Program-made: the position numbers and the translations under genes
Notes under the pieces: model-generated
The model's input: only the letters and a program-made list of their open reading frames with translations
What the model was told of the DNA's origin: nothing
Databases searched by the model: none
Shown: positions 24,412 through 24,425 of the stretch, piece after piece
How the letters are laid out: every line of letters begins with the position of its first letter
How positions within the stretch are numbered: the stretch's first letter is position 1
From: a virus
Lineage: Duplodnaviria; Caudoviricetes
IMG/VR virus record: IMGVR_UViG_3300011116_000446
Location: 1 to 24,425 of that record
Length of the DNA stretch: 24,425 nt
Direction: 5' to 3' (one strand)

Positions 24412-24425
24412 AAGCAAATTGACCG

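Larger units (their letters stand above)
1..24425 (-). mobile_element. Tailed phage/prophage late region (P22-like podovirus morphogenesis and lysis module)
   Basis: Co-oriented terS-terL-portal-scaffold-capsid-adaptor-gp10-like-ejection proteins-tail fibre-lysis genes with many start/stop overlaps. No tape measure, tube or sheath genes. Element boundaries are not in the window. Confidence 0.95.

Noticed and set aside
1-24425. tRNA/rRNA genes or stop-codon reassignment
   Set aside because: Intergenic gaps are short with no cloverleaf seen. Core genes are intact under the standard code and end in TAA, TAG and TGA.

Overview
This window is the late (virion morphogenesis and lysis) region of a GC-rich tailed phage or prophage with P22-like podovirus architecture. 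It is encoded almost entirely on the minus strand and reads right to left. The order is: accessory and membrane genes, TerS, TerL, portal, scaffold, major capsid protein (DUF4043/N4-gp56-like), decoration protein, head-tail adaptor, gp10-like tail hub, a tiny needle/plug-like ORF, an HNH remnant, three DNA-ejection proteins, a polyvalent LPD23/zincin plus ADP-ribosyltransferase-like protein, a large mosaic tail fibre, two tail accessory genes, an M15 endolysin, i- and o-spanins and a holin-like gene. A proteobacterial (possibly alphaproteobacterial) host is an inference only. No integrase, replication genes, tRNA or CRISPR array were seen. The most notable observations are: (i) an NLLM motif shared by putatively injected proteins, a candidate capsid-loading signal; (ii) the polyvalent peptidase/ART protein; (iii) two antisense ORFs inside the lysis module, each preceded by the same 18-bp repeat; (iv) an uncalled antisense 37-aa membrane peptide at the P22 sieA-equivalent position, next to a 15-bp palindrome; (v) related hairpins in the scaffold and capsid leaders. 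All family calls come from motif recognition and synteny, not from database searches.
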